DNA of 64,000 nucleotides from Candidatus Aquidulcis sp. (GTDB lineage Bacteria > Chloroflexota > Anaerolineae > Anaerolineales > UBA4823), in NCBI GenBank assembly GCA_020723385.1, contig DYIZ01000010.1:5190-69189 (forward strand). Reading direction: 5' to 3'. Position 1 is the stretch's first letter. Each line of letters begins with the position of its first letter. Below are positions 28,379 to 37,880 of the stretch, in pieces. The position numbers were made by a program, and so were the translations under genes. The notes under the pieces were generated by a model. It ran no database searches and was not told the DNA's origin. It worked only from the letters and a program-made list of their open reading frames with translations.

Positions 28379-29536
28379 TTACCCCAATTCCTTGATGATC
28401 CGCTCGATCTCCAGCCCCAATGATGACCCAACAGATTCGATGCCCTGCAATCCCTTCAATCCCATCGTGCGGTATACCAACCCGATGTCCTGCTCCAGGT
28501 CATCAACCGCCCAGGCCGCTTTGCGATACGCCCACACGCGGTAGCTGGAGGCGTTTGCCAGCTCCAGCGTGTACAACTTTTCGGCCAGCCTCTCGACGAT
28601 GCGCTTGTTGAGGGCGCGTTTGTCGGTGGGGATGATCGGGCGCGGCACACGGTCGCGGATGCCATATTTTTCGCACAGCTCACGGATTTTCAGGGCGATG
28701 CGCGGCCATTGCCAACCCCCCGCCGGGCTGTAGCTCCCCTGGGGATACAGAGTCCCGTACAATGCCAATAAATCCGGGAAACGCTGGCCCAACACGCCGA
28801 GGAAGTAGTTTTTCTGTTGGTCGGAGAGCGTCAGCCCGCTTGCCAGCACGAACTTCCCGCCGTGATCGGCTGTCCAGCGCACTACAGCTTCGAGGTTGGC
28901 ATCGTCGTCGCACATCCCCGGCAGGATTGGCATCATGCACGTTCCGGTGAGCAGGCCGGCTTTGGCGAACTGCGCCATCGCCGCAAAGCGCTTCTCCGGC
29001 GGCGGGGCGAGATGCTCGATCTGGCGCACGCGGTCGTAATTGGGCGAGTCGGGCGTGCTGATGATGCTGAAAGCCACCACCGACGGGGCGCGCTGGTTGA
29101 TAGAGGCAATCAAGTCAAGGTCGCGCAGCACCCCGGGGTTGCGCTCCAGCACGAAGACCGGGAACCCCAGGTCGTGGCACACTTCCAGCATCCGGCGGGA
29201 GACCTGGAATTTGCGCTCGAGGGGCTGGTAATCGCCGGTGAAAACCAGATCAACCGGGCAGCGGCCCAGGGCGCGACGCAGCAACTCCGGGGCGTTCTCC
29301 TTGATTTTGATGGTGTAGGCAAAATCATTGGGATCGTCGTAAGGGGAGTATTTGCGCTCACGGCAGTAGCAAAACTCACAGCCGTGCTGGCAGCCGATGT
29401 AGGGATAGGCCGAATAGCGCGTCCAAAACCAGTGGTCGGCGCGTTTGCTTTTGTTGAGCACGGTTTTGGGCTGATATGTTATGAAAGTCGCTCGCCGTGG
29501 AAAGTAGAGGGAGGAGGGTGGAGGGTGGAGGGTCAT
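28379..29536 (-). CDS. radical SAM protein (SplB/DNA-photolyase-like family) with a C-terminal helix-hairpin-helix-like region
   Basis: CX3CX2C cluster motif YIGCQHGCEFCYC, with the typical upstream LNKSKRADHWFW..YSAYPY. The first codons (MTLHPPPSS) are encoded by a GGAGGGT x3 array (29513..29533). Confidence 0.8.
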   Translation of the reverse strand: MTLHPPPSSLYFPRRATFITYQPKTVLNKSKRADHWFWTRYSAYPYIGCQHGCEFCYCRERKYSPYDDPNDFAYTIKIKENAPELLRRALGRCPVDLVFTGDYQPLERKFQVSRRMLEVCHDLGFPVFVLERNPGVLRDLDLIASINQRAPSVVAFSIISTPDSPNYDRVRQIEHLAPPPEKRFAAMAQFAKAGLLTGTCMMPILPGMCDDDANLEAVVRWTADHGGKFVLASGLTLSDQQKNYFLGVLGQRFPDLLALYGTLYPQGSYSPAGGWQWPRIALKIRELCEKYGIRDRVPRPIIPTDKRALNKRIVERLAEKLYTLELANASSYRVWAYRKAAWAVDDLEQDIGLVYRTMGLKGLQGIESVGSSLGLEIERIIKELG

Positions 29537-29538
29537 AA

Positions 29539-29570
29539 GCGAGGGGCGAAAGGCGAGGGCCGAGGGGCGA
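29539..29570. repeat. left inverted repeat flanking the four-helix-bundle gene (GAGGGGC-type heptamers)
   Basis: gcgaggggcgaaaggcgagggccgaggggcga. The terminal 18 nt (29553..29570) are the exact reverse complement of 30001..30018. Confidence 0.9.
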
Positions 29571-29573
29571 TAA

Positions 29574-29960
29574 TCAGGTTTGATCTTTGGGCAGCCATTT
29601 GCGGGGTTCGGACATCATCAGCGATAATTGGCCGCCAATATGATCGTAACGATCAGAAAGTTCAGCGTGTTTCTCGGGGGTAATGTAACCGAAGCGCAGT
29701 GAAAAATCAAGCCAAACAATTGTCTCGGCGGCTTCCATGTCTGCGTCGCTGAGTTTACTGACAAAATTATTGGGATAGCGTCGCTTTCGCCATGCCTCGG
29801 CAGTATTAGCGCAAACGGAACGCGACGAACGGCGAATTTGATCTGTCAGACTATATTTCTCCTCAACCGGGAACCGTTTTGTCAGTTCATAAATCTCGAC
29901 CGCTGTCTCGAAAGCCAGTTGGTAAACCCGCAACTCACGAAAACTCTTCACTGGTGTCAT
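29574..29960 (-). CDS. four-helix-bundle protein (23S rRNA intervening-sequence protein family)
   Basis: ATG 29960 preceded by AAGGAGG; the TTG 29978 of the track is less likely. SFRELRVYQLAFETAVEIYELTKRFPVEEKYSLTDQIRRSSRSVCANTAEAW is the hallmark N-terminus of this family. Confidence 0.8.
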   Translation of the reverse strand: MTPVKSFRELRVYQLAFETAVEIYELTKRFPVEEKYSLTDQIRRSSRSVCANTAEAWRKRRYPNNFVSKLSDADMEAAETIVWLDFSLRFGYITPEKHAELSDRYDHIGGQLSLMMSEPRKWLPKDQT

Positions 29961-29991
29961 TTCTGCCTCCTTAGCCAATCTACGTTAGCTT

Positions 29992-30882
29992 TCACTTCAT
30001 TCGCCCCTCGGCCCTCGCCCCCTCGCTCCTCGCCCCTCGGAACAACTCCCACGACCCGATCACAGCACCTGCCAAAATGAGAACCATGGCGACCCCCGAA
30101 ATCCACGTGAACGCTCTTCCTCCAATCGAGACCAGCAGCAGCGTGGACGTGAGCGGTGTGAGATACGCCAGCGAGCCGATGATACGCGGGTCGCCGCGTT
30201 TGAGGGCCGCATCCCAGGTGAAGAAAGCCAATCCCATCGGCCCTGCGCCGAGCAGCGCCAGGTACAGCCAGTCCAGCCCGGTGGGAATGTACACTTCCCC
30301 GGAGGCTGCCGCCCCCAGGGCGTACACCCCCAGCGACAGCACCCCCGACGCCAGGCAGAACGCCCCCACCGCCCCGGTCGGGAACGGCGGGACGCGCTTG
30401 GTGAGCAGCGAATAGGACGACCACACAAAAGCCGCGCCCCCGGCGAGCAGATAGCCTCCCAGGTTAGCCGCGTCCAGGGAGAGCTTGCCGCCGGTCACAA
30501 TCAGCCCCGCGCCCGCCAGCCCAATCACCGCCCCAAGAATATGATGGGGTCTCAGCCGGGAGCCGGGCAGGATCACCGGAGTCAGCACCACGATCAGCAG
30601 CGGCCACAGGTAATTCATCAGGTTGGCCTCCACCGCCGGAGCGTGCTGGAACGCCACGAAGAGCAGGAAATGATAGCCGAAAAGTCCATACACCCCGACT
30701 GCGAAAGTCGTCCACGGCACACGCCAGTCGCGGAATTTAGGCAGGCCAATCAACCCGCCCACGCACAGCGCCACCCCCACCAGCAAAAACGGCGGCACAT
30801 GCTTGAGTTGCGCGCCCAGCGTAGCAAGAAAGCTCCACATGGCGATGGTGAAGAAAGCGAGCAACGTGGATGAACGCGGCAT
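29992..30882 (-). CDS. EamA/DMT-family transporter
   Basis: About ten TM segments in two similar halves. Start at ATG 30882 (MPRSSTLLAFFTIAMWSF), because the longer track ORF would overlap alr. Confidence 0.8.
   Translation of the reverse strand: MPRSSTLLAFFTIAMWSFLATLGAQLKHVPPFLLVGVALCVGGLIGLPKFRDWRVPWTTFAVGVYGLFGYHFLLFVAFQHAPAVEANLMNYLWPLLIVVLTPVILPGSRLRPHHILGAVIGLAGAGLIVTGGKLSLDAANLGGYLLAGGAAFVWSSYSLLTKRVPPFPTGAVGAFCLASGVLSLGVYALGAAASGEVYIPTGLDWLYLALLGAGPMGLAFFTWDAALKRGDPRIIGSLAYLTPLTSTLLLVSIGGRAFTWISGVAMVLILAGAVIGSWELFRGARSEGARAEGRMK
30001..30040. repeat. right inverted repeat flanking the four-helix-bundle gene
   Basis: tcgcccctcggccctcgccccctcgctcctcgcccctcgg. It also encodes the C-terminal tail (GARSEGARAEGRMK) of the EamA ORF. 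Confidence 0.9.
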
Positions 30883-30910
30883 AGTCAATATTCCTTGAAA
30901 AAGATACCGG

Positions 30911-30960
30911 AGTGCGGGCTTCAGCCCGCCATTTGCCATTTGCGGGCTGAAGCCCGCACT
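30911..30960. repeat. 19-bp inverted repeat whose arms are themselves palindromes (AGTGCGGGCTTCAGCCCGC)
   Basis: agtgcgggcttcagcccgc (30911..30929), catttgccattt, gcgggctgaagcccgcact (30942..30960), in the divergent EamA/alr spacer. Confidence 0.9.
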
Positions 30961-31012
30961 CTGGGTATCGTCGAGTCTTTTCCTAACGCCACAAATTGAG
31001 TATACTGGCGTT

Positions 31013-32155
31013 ATGCAACACAGCCGATTATATTCCAATTGGGCCGAAATTGATTTGGGGGCTATCGAAAACAACATCCGCTTCTACCGCCAGCATACCG
31101 GGGCGCAGGTGATGGCCATCGTCAAGGCCAACGCCTATGGGCACGGCGCAGTGCCGGTGGCACAAGCCTGCCTGCGCGCCGGGGCGACCTGGCTGGGCGT
31201 AGCGCGTCCCGAGGAAGCGCTGGAACTGCGCCGGGCGGGGATCACCGAGCCGGTGCTGCTCCTCGGGTACACCGCCCCCGGTCGGTACGAGGAAGCTATC
31301 GCCAACCGGGTCTCACTGACGGTGTGGAGCGCCGAACAGGTGCAGATCGCTTCTGACGCGGCAATGAAGATCGGCGAGACGGCGCGGCTCCATATCAAAG
31401 TGGATTCCGGGATGAGCCGGTTGGGCCTGCCCCCGGAGGATGCCCTGGAATTGGCGAAGACCGTTGGTCAAACGGAGGGTGTGTCGCTCGAAGGGCTGTT
31501 CACCCACTTCGCCAAGGCCGACGAAGCCGACCCCACTCCGACGGATTTGCAGGAGCGCCGCTTCCGCCTGGCATTGGACGCCGTCGAGGCTGCCGGACTG
31601 CGCCCGCCGCTGGTACATGCCGCCAACTCGGCTGCCAGCCTCACCCGGCCGAGTGCCTGGTTCAATCTTGTACGGACCGGCATCGCCATCTACGGGCTGT
31701 ATCCGTCGGGGGAGTGCCCGCTGCCAGCCGATTTCCGCCCAGCGCTGGCCTGGAAAGCGGTTCTGAGCCAGGTGAAGGCGCTCCCGCCGGGGCGCGGCGT
31801 CAGCTATGGGCACATGCACATCACACAGGGCGAGGAGCGCATCGGCACGGTCCCGGTGGGCTACGCCGACGGCTTCCGACGGATATTGGGCAATTGGGCG
31901 CTGGTGGGCGGGCGGCGCGTGCCGGTGGTGGGGCGGGTGTGCATGGATCAGATCATGCTGCAACTCGACGCCGTGCCCGAGGCGCAGGCTGGCGATGAAG
32001 TCGTACTGATCGGCGCGCAGGGGGACGAGCGCATCACCGCCGAGGAAGTAGCCCAGCGTTGGGGAACGATCAATTACGAGGTGACCTGCGGCCTGGCAGC
32101 GCGGGTGCCGCACATTTACGAAGCGCATTTCAATCAAGGAGACCAAAAAAATTGA
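31013..32155 (+). CDS. alr: alanine racemase
   Basis: PLP-lysine motif AIVKANAYGHGA; 380 aa; C-terminal GRVCMDQIMLQL... typical of Alr. Confidence 0.9.
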   Translation: MQHSRLYSNWAEIDLGAIENNIRFYRQHTGAQVMAIVKANAYGHGAVPVAQACLRAGATWLGVARPEEALELRRAGITEPVLLLGYTAPGRYEEAIANRVSLTVWSAEQVQIASDAAMKIGETARLHIKVDSGMSRLGLPPEDALELAKTVGQTEGVSLEGLFTHFAKADEADPTPTDLQERRFRLALDAVEAAGLRPPLVHAANSAASLTRPSAWFNLVRTGIAIYGLYPSGECPLPADFRPALAWKAVLSQVKALPPGRGVSYGHMHITQGEERIGTVPVGYADGFRRILGNWALVGGRRVPVVGRVCMDQIMLQLDAVPEAQAGDEVVLIGAQGDERITAEEVAQRWGTINYEVTCGLAARVPHIYEAHFNQGDQKN

Positions 32156-32195
32156 TGGTCGTGCGGGCGAAGCCCGCACGACCATCAATTTTTTT
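32145..32195. terminator. bidirectional rho-independent terminator between alr and livF
   Basis: aaaaaaatt GATGGTCGTGCGGGC gaa GCCCGCACGACCATC aattttttt: a 15-bp stem flanked by an A7 and a T7 run. Confidence 0.8.
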
Positions 32196-32227
32196 GGAAT
32201 TTTCCTCTGGCGATTGCGAATGAATTG

Positions 32228-32941
32228 TCACCCGCCCAGGTAAGCTTTCTTCACCTGCGGGTTTTGAGCAATCTCGGCAGACGGGCCGGAGAGCACAATG
32301 CTGCCGGTTTCCAGCACGTAGGCGCGGGCGGAATATTTCAGCGCCATGAGAGCGTTTTGTTCCACCAGCAAGATGGTCGTGCCTTCGGTGCTGTTCAATT
32401 CCTTGATGACATCGAAGATGGCTTCCACCAGCACCGGGGCCAGGCCCATCGAAGGCTCGTCCATGAGCAGGATGTGCGGCTTGAGCATCAGGCCGCGCGC
32501 CGTGGCAAGCATTTGCTGCTCACCACCGGAGAGCGTGCCGCCTTTTTGCGAGATGCGCTCCTTCAGCCGGGGGAAAAGGACGAACACCCTTTCCATCCGG
32601 CGGCCAATCTCAGCTTTATCCAGGATGGTGAACGCCCCCATTTCCAGGTTTTCGCGTACTGTCAGGCGGGGGAAGATGCCGCGCCCCTCAGGGACATGAC
32701 CCACGCCCGCAGTGACGATTTCATGCGGCGGCATGTGGGTGATATCCTTGCCTTGCAGCATGACTTTGCCATGCCGGGCGCGGACAAGACCCGAGATAGT
32801 GCGCAAGGTAGTGCTCTTGCCAGCGCCGTTGGCGCCAATCAAGGTCACTACTTCTCCTTCATCCACGGTCAGCGAAATGCCTTTAAGGGCATGGATGTGT
32901 CCGTAGTAGGAGTGGATGTTGTCGAGTTCTAGTAGCGCCAT
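32228..32941 (-). CDS. livF: branched-chain amino acid-type ABC transporter ATP-binding protein (LivF family)
   Basis: Start ATG 32941 (MALLELDNIHSYYG). Walker A GANGAGKST, signature LSGGEQQMLATARG, Walker B LLMDEPS. Confidence 0.85.
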   Translation of the reverse strand: MALLELDNIHSYYGHIHALKGISLTVDEGEVVTLIGANGAGKSTTLRTISGLVRARHGKVMLQGKDITHMPPHEIVTAGVGHVPEGRGIFPRLTVRENLEMGAFTILDKAEIGRRMERVFVLFPRLKERISQKGGTLSGGEQQMLATARGLMLKPHILLMDEPSMGLAPVLVEAIFDVIKELNSTEGTTILLVEQNALMALKYSARAYVLETGSIVLSGPSAEIAQNPQVKKAYLGG

Positions 32942-32951
32942 GGTTTCACTC

Positions 32952-33740
32952 CTACGCGATGATCTCCGTGGCAGCGCCACGGCCCAGGTATGCTTCGATG
33001 ACGCGCTTGTTGGCGCGGATTTCGGCGGGCAGCCCCTCGGCAATTTTCTCGCCGTAATCCATCACCGTGATGCGCTCGGAAATGCCCATGACCACACGCA
33101 TATCATGCTCGATGAGCAGGATAGTAATGCCCAGGTCATCGCGCACCCGGCGGAAAAGCCGGATGGCGTCTTCGGTTTCGTTGGGGTTCATCCCGGCAGT
33201 CGGCTCGTCGAGCAGCAGCAGCTTGGGTTGCGACGCCAAAGCACGCGCCACCTCGATGCGCCTCTGGCCGCCGTAGGGCAGGTTGCGGGCCAACTCATCG
33301 CCGACGCCGTGCAAGCCAACATATTCCATCAGCTCGGTGGCTTTGGCAAACGCCTTCTTTTCCTCTTCTCTGAATTTCCGGGTGCGCAAGAGCGCGTCAA
33401 CGCCGCTCTGCTTGAGGCGGGTATGCATACCGACCATGATATTTTCCAGCACCGTCATGCTGCCGAACAACCGAATGTTCTGGAATGTTCGAGCAATATG
33501 CAGGTCGGTGATCTGATCGGGCCGCAGACCAATGGTGTGATGCCCATCGAAGACGATTTCACCTTCCTCGGGCTTGTAGATGCCGGTCAGGGTGTTGAAA
33601 AAGGTGGTTTTGCCCGCGCCATTAGGGCCGATGATGCTGCAAATGCTGCCTTGCTCGATGACGACATCCATCTTGTTGACCGCCACCAGCCCGCCAAAGC
33701 GTTTGACCACTTTCTTGGTTTCGAGCAGCACGTTACTCAT
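32952..33740 (-). CDS. livG: branched-chain amino acid-type ABC transporter ATP-binding protein (LivG family)
   Basis: Start ATG 33740 (MSNVLLETKKVVKRFGG). Walker A GPNGAGKTT, signature LPYGGQRRIEVARA, Walker B LLLDEPT. Confidence 0.85.
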   Translation of the reverse strand: MSNVLLETKKVVKRFGGLVAVNKMDVVIEQGSICSIIGPNGAGKTTFFNTLTGIYKPEEGEIVFDGHHTIGLRPDQITDLHIARTFQNIRLFGSMTVLENIMVGMHTRLKQSGVDALLRTRKFREEEKKAFAKATELMEYVGLHGVGDELARNLPYGGQRRIEVARALASQPKLLLLDEPTAGMNPNETEDAIRLFRRVRDDLGITILLIEHDMRVVMGISERITVMDYGEKIAEGLPAEIRANKRVIEAYLGRGAATEIIA

Positions 33741-35118
33741 CGGCGGCCTCCTGGGTGCCATTATCGGCATCCGGTACAGCAGCCGCCTTCAGTTCCCGCT
33801 TGCGCCGGGCAGCCGGGATCAGCCCCGCCGGGCGGTAGATCATCATCAAGATCAGGATCAAGCCGAACAGCAGCCGTTGATATTTAGCCGGATCGAGTTG
33901 GTTCGACAGGTTTTTCCAGGCAAAGTTGATGATCGGGATCACGGAATCGCTTTGTCGCAGTTGAGACAGGTAGAGGGACACCTCTTGCAGCACCTGCAAG
34001 TTCAGCACGACGACCACCGCCGCACCCAGGACCACGCCCGGAATGCTGCCAATGCCGCCCAGGATAACCATGGTGAGCACACCGATAGACTGCATAAAGG
34101 TGAACGATTCGGGGCTGACGAAAGTGCGGCTGGCGGCCATGACAACGCCCATCGCACCCGCGAACGATGCGCCTACTGCAAACGCAGCCAGCTTCAGCTT
34201 CACTGCGGGAATGCCCATCGCCACTGCGGCCATCTCGTCTTCACGGATAGCGGTCCAAGCCCGGCCAATCTTCGAGTCATCCAGCCGGAGGGTGACAAAG
34301 ATCACCAGCGCCGCGACCAGCAGGGCAATGAAGTAGAACAGGATGTTGTAGAACTGCCCCTCGGTTACCGGCTGCCCAACGATTGGTGTCAGAATCACGT
34401 TGAACGCGTCCATCACACCGCCGGGCAGCGTAGGTTTCTGGATGGGCGTGATCCCTTGCGGCCCATTGGTGAAGTTGAGCGGTTTATCCAGGTTGTTCGC
34501 CAACTGCCGGATGACCTCGCCAAAACCGAGGGTCACGATCGCCAGGTAGTCGCCGCGTACCCGCAGGACTGGCAATCCCAAGAGGAGGCCGGTCACCGCC
34601 GCCACGATGATCCCCAGCATGATAAACAGGTAGAACATATCTCCGGGAAGCAAGAATGGTGTGCCCTGGGGGGCCGTCCCCGGAATCTCGTGGAGCAAGA
34701 ATATCTGTTTTGAGCCGAAGAAAGCCCACAGGTACGCGCCGACCGCGTAGAAGGCCACGTAACCCAGGTTCAGCAGCCCGGTGAAGCCCACCACGATGTT
34801 CAACCCGAGCGCCAGGGCGGCGAACACGCCGATCTGGAACAGCACCTCCAGGTAGAAAATGTTGCGCGCCCCAATGATCGGGACGACTATCAGCGCTACC
34901 ACCAGCCCCAGGATCAGCTTGGCGACCGGTTTGATCTTGAAGTAATAAATCATCCCTGCCATCGCCAGGAAAAACAGAAATGCCGGCAGAGAACGTGGGC
35001 TGAAATAAACCCAAACTGTGCTGAGAACCAGCCCCGTGATCGAGAGGATATAGGGCACTTTACCCCGGTTGATCCACTCACCCAGTGAGCCAAGCGTAGT
35101 TTTTAGTTTAGCAATCAT
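33733..35118 (-). CDS. livM: branched-chain amino acid-type ABC permease (LivM family)
   Basis: 461-aa polytopic ORF. GLLNLGYVAFYAVGAYL and RVRGDYLAIVTLGFGE are typical of LivM. Confidence 0.85.
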   Translation of the reverse strand: MIAKLKTTLGSLGEWINRGKVPYILSITGLVLSTVWVYFSPRSLPAFLFFLAMAGMIYYFKIKPVAKLILGLVVALIVVPIIGARNIFYLEVLFQIGVFAALALGLNIVVGFTGLLNLGYVAFYAVGAYLWAFFGSKQIFLLHEIPGTAPQGTPFLLPGDMFYLFIMLGIIVAAVTGLLLGLPVLRVRGDYLAIVTLGFGEVIRQLANNLDKPLNFTNGPQGITPIQKPTLPGGVMDAFNVILTPIVGQPVTEGQFYNILFYFIALLVAALVIFVTLRLDDSKIGRAWTAIREDEMAAVAMGIPAVKLKLAAFAVGASFAGAMGVVMAASRTFVSPESFTFMQSIGVLTMVILGGIGSIPGVVLGAAVVVVLNLQVLQEVSLYLSQLRQSDSVIPIINFAWKNLSNQLDPAKYQRLLFGLILILMMIYRPAGLIPAARRKRELKAAAVPDADNGTQEAADE

Positions 35119-35127
35119 AGTGGTCTC

Positions 35128-36303
35128 CTACGCTTTCTGCCCAACCTGCTCGCCAAGTAGACCCGACGGCCGGAAAATGAGCACGAGGATCAGGATGGCG
35201 AACGCCAGGATGTCTTTGTATTCGGCTCCGGCAGCGCCCATCGTAAAAGCAGACAGGTAAGCGCCGGCGAAGCTTTCCAACATGCCGAGCACGATACCGC
35301 CCAGCAGCGCGCCGGTCAGGTTGCCGATGCCGCCCAGCACCGCAGCCGTGAAAGCCTTGATGCCAGGGAAAAAGCCGACGAACGGGTCAATACGGGTAAA
35401 TTTCAGAGCATACAATACGCCGGCCGCGCCGCCCAGGGCGCCGCCCACCAGGAAGGTGAGCGAAATGATCAGATTGACATTGATCCCCATCAGGCTGGCA
35501 GTTGGCCGATCTTGCGCCACAGCCCGGATCGCCTTGCCAACTTTGGTAGCATTGACCAGGTAATTCAAACCGACCAACATCAACACCGCAGCGGCAATCA
35601 CCACGATAGATTTGATCTGGATATTGATGTCAGTGACCACGCCCGCCAGAGGCAGCTTGACCAGTGATACACGCTGGTCGAAGTTGCCAAAAGTCGGGAT
35701 GATGCGGTGAAATTGACCGGTGGTGATGCTTTCCGTAAAGCGGATGGCATCCTGTAAGAAAAAGGAAACGCCAATCGCCGAGATAAGCGGAACCAGGCGG
35801 GGCGCATTCCGCAGGGGACGGTAAGCAGTGGCCTCGACCAACATCGCCATGCCGCCTGCCGCCGCCATCCCAGCAATAACAGCCAAAGCCAGAAAAACGT
35901 AAGCTAACCAGATCGGTATACTGCTGAGCTGTCCTGCGCCTTCGAGGGCAATCAGCACCTCGACCCCCACGAATGCCCCAATTGCAAATATTTCACTGTG
36001 GGCAAAATTGATGAATTCCAACACACCGTAGACCATCGTGTAGCCCAGGGCAATGGCGGCATACACGAAACCCAACGTGACGCCATCCACCAGCACTTGA
36101 GGCAAATTGGTCAAGGTGAAAGCGAAGATGTTGATGTGATTATTTTCTTGCAGAAGCCGGTCTGCTGCTGAGCCGCGGAACAACAATGCGAGCAGTAGCA
36201 TGGCTACTGAAAAAATCGCACCAGTCGCCGTGACGAAAATTGCAATTTGCCCCAATGGGCGGAGAAGCTCACGCAGAACGGTTGACTCGTAGATTCGTCG
36301 CAT
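35128..36303 (-). CDS. livH: branched-chain amino acid-type ABC permease (LivH family) with an N-terminal extension
   Basis: 391-aa polytopic ORF with FINFAHSEIFAIGAF and a GGIGN..GA motif. Confidence 0.85.
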   Translation of the reverse strand: MRRIYESTVLRELLRPLGQIAIFVTATGAIFSVAMLLLALLFRGSAADRLLQENNHINIFAFTLTNLPQVLVDGVTLGFVYAAIALGYTMVYGVLEFINFAHSEIFAIGAFVGVEVLIALEGAGQLSSIPIWLAYVFLALAVIAGMAAAGGMAMLVEATAYRPLRNAPRLVPLISAIGVSFFLQDAIRFTESITTGQFHRIIPTFGNFDQRVSLVKLPLAGVVTDINIQIKSIVVIAAAVLMLVGLNYLVNATKVGKAIRAVAQDRPTASLMGINVNLIISLTFLVGGALGGAAGVLYALKFTRIDPFVGFFPGIKAFTAAVLGGIGNLTGALLGGIVLGMLESFAGAYLSAFTMGAAGAEYKDILAFAILILVLIFRPSGLLGEQVGQKA

Positions 36304-36365
36304 GGAGGCTCCCTAAAAAAACCCCCGGCCCCCTTCGATCAGAGGGCCGGGGTATCAAAGGTTGA

Positions 36366-37559
36366 TTATTGGGGTGGTGCGAGGGTCAAAATCTGGTCAA
36401 TCTTGTTTTCGGACCATTTGGCCGGATCAGCCGATGTCACCTGGATGACGAAGTATTTAGCTTCAGTCAGGTCACCTTTGGCATTGAAGTTGATTGTGCC
36501 AGTGATGCCGGTGAAATCCTTGAGATCGCGTACCGCCTGGGATACCGAAGCCCGGGTGGGCAGCTTGTTGCCATTGGTTTTGGCAGCATTCTCGATCGCC
36601 TTCAGGCAGATGGCCATCGAGTCATAAGCCTGGGCAGCAAACGGTTGAGGATCGTGACCGAATTTGGTTTTGAAATCTCCGATGAACTTGGCAGTGCCTT
36701 CGTAAACGCTGGCCGGGCCGGACACGGTCGAGAAATAGGTTCCAGCGCCCTGGAGCAGCGATTCGCCGCCGATCTTGGTTGCATCCGATGAGTCGAAGCC
36801 ATCATCGCTCAGGAACATGCCCATGTAGCCCTTCTCGCGGGCTTGCTTGAACATCACCGCGGCTGCATCGAACATACCGCCGAAGTAAACCACATCGGGA
36901 TTACCGGCCAGAACAGGGGTCAGGATGGAATCGAAATTGGCCTTTTCCTCAGTGCCTTCGAAGCCCAACACCTGCATACCCAGTTTTTCAGCTTCGCGTT
37001 TGAAGTATTCAGCGATGCCCTGGCCGTAGGTGGTCTTATCATGAATAACGTAGGCGCTCTTCAAGCCCTTCGAGAAAGCGAACTGCGCGCCGACTGCACC
37101 CTGCATATCATCGCGGCCCACGATGCGGCTGACTTCCAGATAACCGCGCTCGGTAACGGTCGGGTTGGTATTGGCCGGGGAAACATTCGCCAGGTTGGCG
37201 GTATGGTATTCTTCTGAAGAGGGGATTTGAACGCCAGAGTTGTAGTGCCCAACCACACACAGGATGGCTGGATCCGACACAATGTTCTTGGCGTTGGCGA
37301 CGCCGGTATCCGGTGTAGCCTGATCATCGAAGGGCGCCAGCTCGACTTTGAAGCCCATTTCAGTCAACGGCCCCGAAAGCTGTTCCAGCGCCAGTTGAGC
37401 GCCATTCTTGATGTCCGAACCAACGGCAGATTGACCGCCCGAAAGCGGGCTTTGCGTCGCAATCTTGATCGTTTTACTGGCTCCGCCCCCACCACAGGCT
37501 GCAAGCATCATGCTGGCAATTACCAGCAGCGACAACACGGCAAAGATTCGTTTAGTCAT
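36366..37559 (-). CDS. periplasmic amino acid-binding lipoprotein (LivJ/K-like, type I PBP)
   Basis: ATG 37559 after GGAGGA. Lipobox MLAACGGG. IKIATQSPLSGGQSAVG and GHYNSGV are typical of the Leu/Ile/Val-binding family. Confidence 0.85.
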   Translation of the reverse strand: MTKRIFAVLSLLVIASMMLAACGGGGASKTIKIATQSPLSGGQSAVGSDIKNGAQLALEQLSGPLTEMGFKVELAPFDDQATPDTGVANAKNIVSDPAILCVVGHYNSGVQIPSSEEYHTANLANVSPANTNPTVTERGYLEVSRIVGRDDMQGAVGAQFAFSKGLKSAYVIHDKTTYGQGIAEYFKREAEKLGMQVLGFEGTEEKANFDSILTPVLAGNPDVVYFGGMFDAAAVMFKQAREKGYMGMFLSDDGFDSSDATKIGGESLLQGAGTYFSTVSGPASVYEGTAKFIGDFKTKFGHDPQPFAAQAYDSMAICLKAIENAAKTNGNKLPTRASVSQAVRDLKDFTGITGTINFNAKGDLTEAKYFVIQVTSADPAKWSENKIDQILTLAPPQ

Positions 37560-37880
37560 ATTCCTTCTTCCTCCGCAATAGGTTTTGGTGAGAAATGAGG
37601 TGCTCAATTAACGGACTTGCCTTAGTTCGACACCTGATGGTTTTTTTGTTTGCCGATTGGTTCTCCTTTCTTTAGTTTGTAACGAGCGGCTCGACATACG
37701 AGCTAGTTTGGGCCTGTATCGAATAGGCATCAAAGACAGTGGCCCTCTTTTGCCACGTAAGAATTGTACAGTTATCCCATCGAATGGTCAAGTTACTTTT
37801 GTCAGTGATTTGCATTATAAACAGGGAGTTTACGCAATTTCTCAAGACTTTTTGTGCTGAAAACGACAATATTTTTAGCG

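Noticed and set aside
30971-31012. TATACT hexamer (31001..31006) 6 nt before the alr ATG as evidence for a leaderless alr mRNA.
   Set aside because: There is no convincing -35 element at the right spacing. A single -10-like hexamer in an AT-richer spacer is weak evidence.
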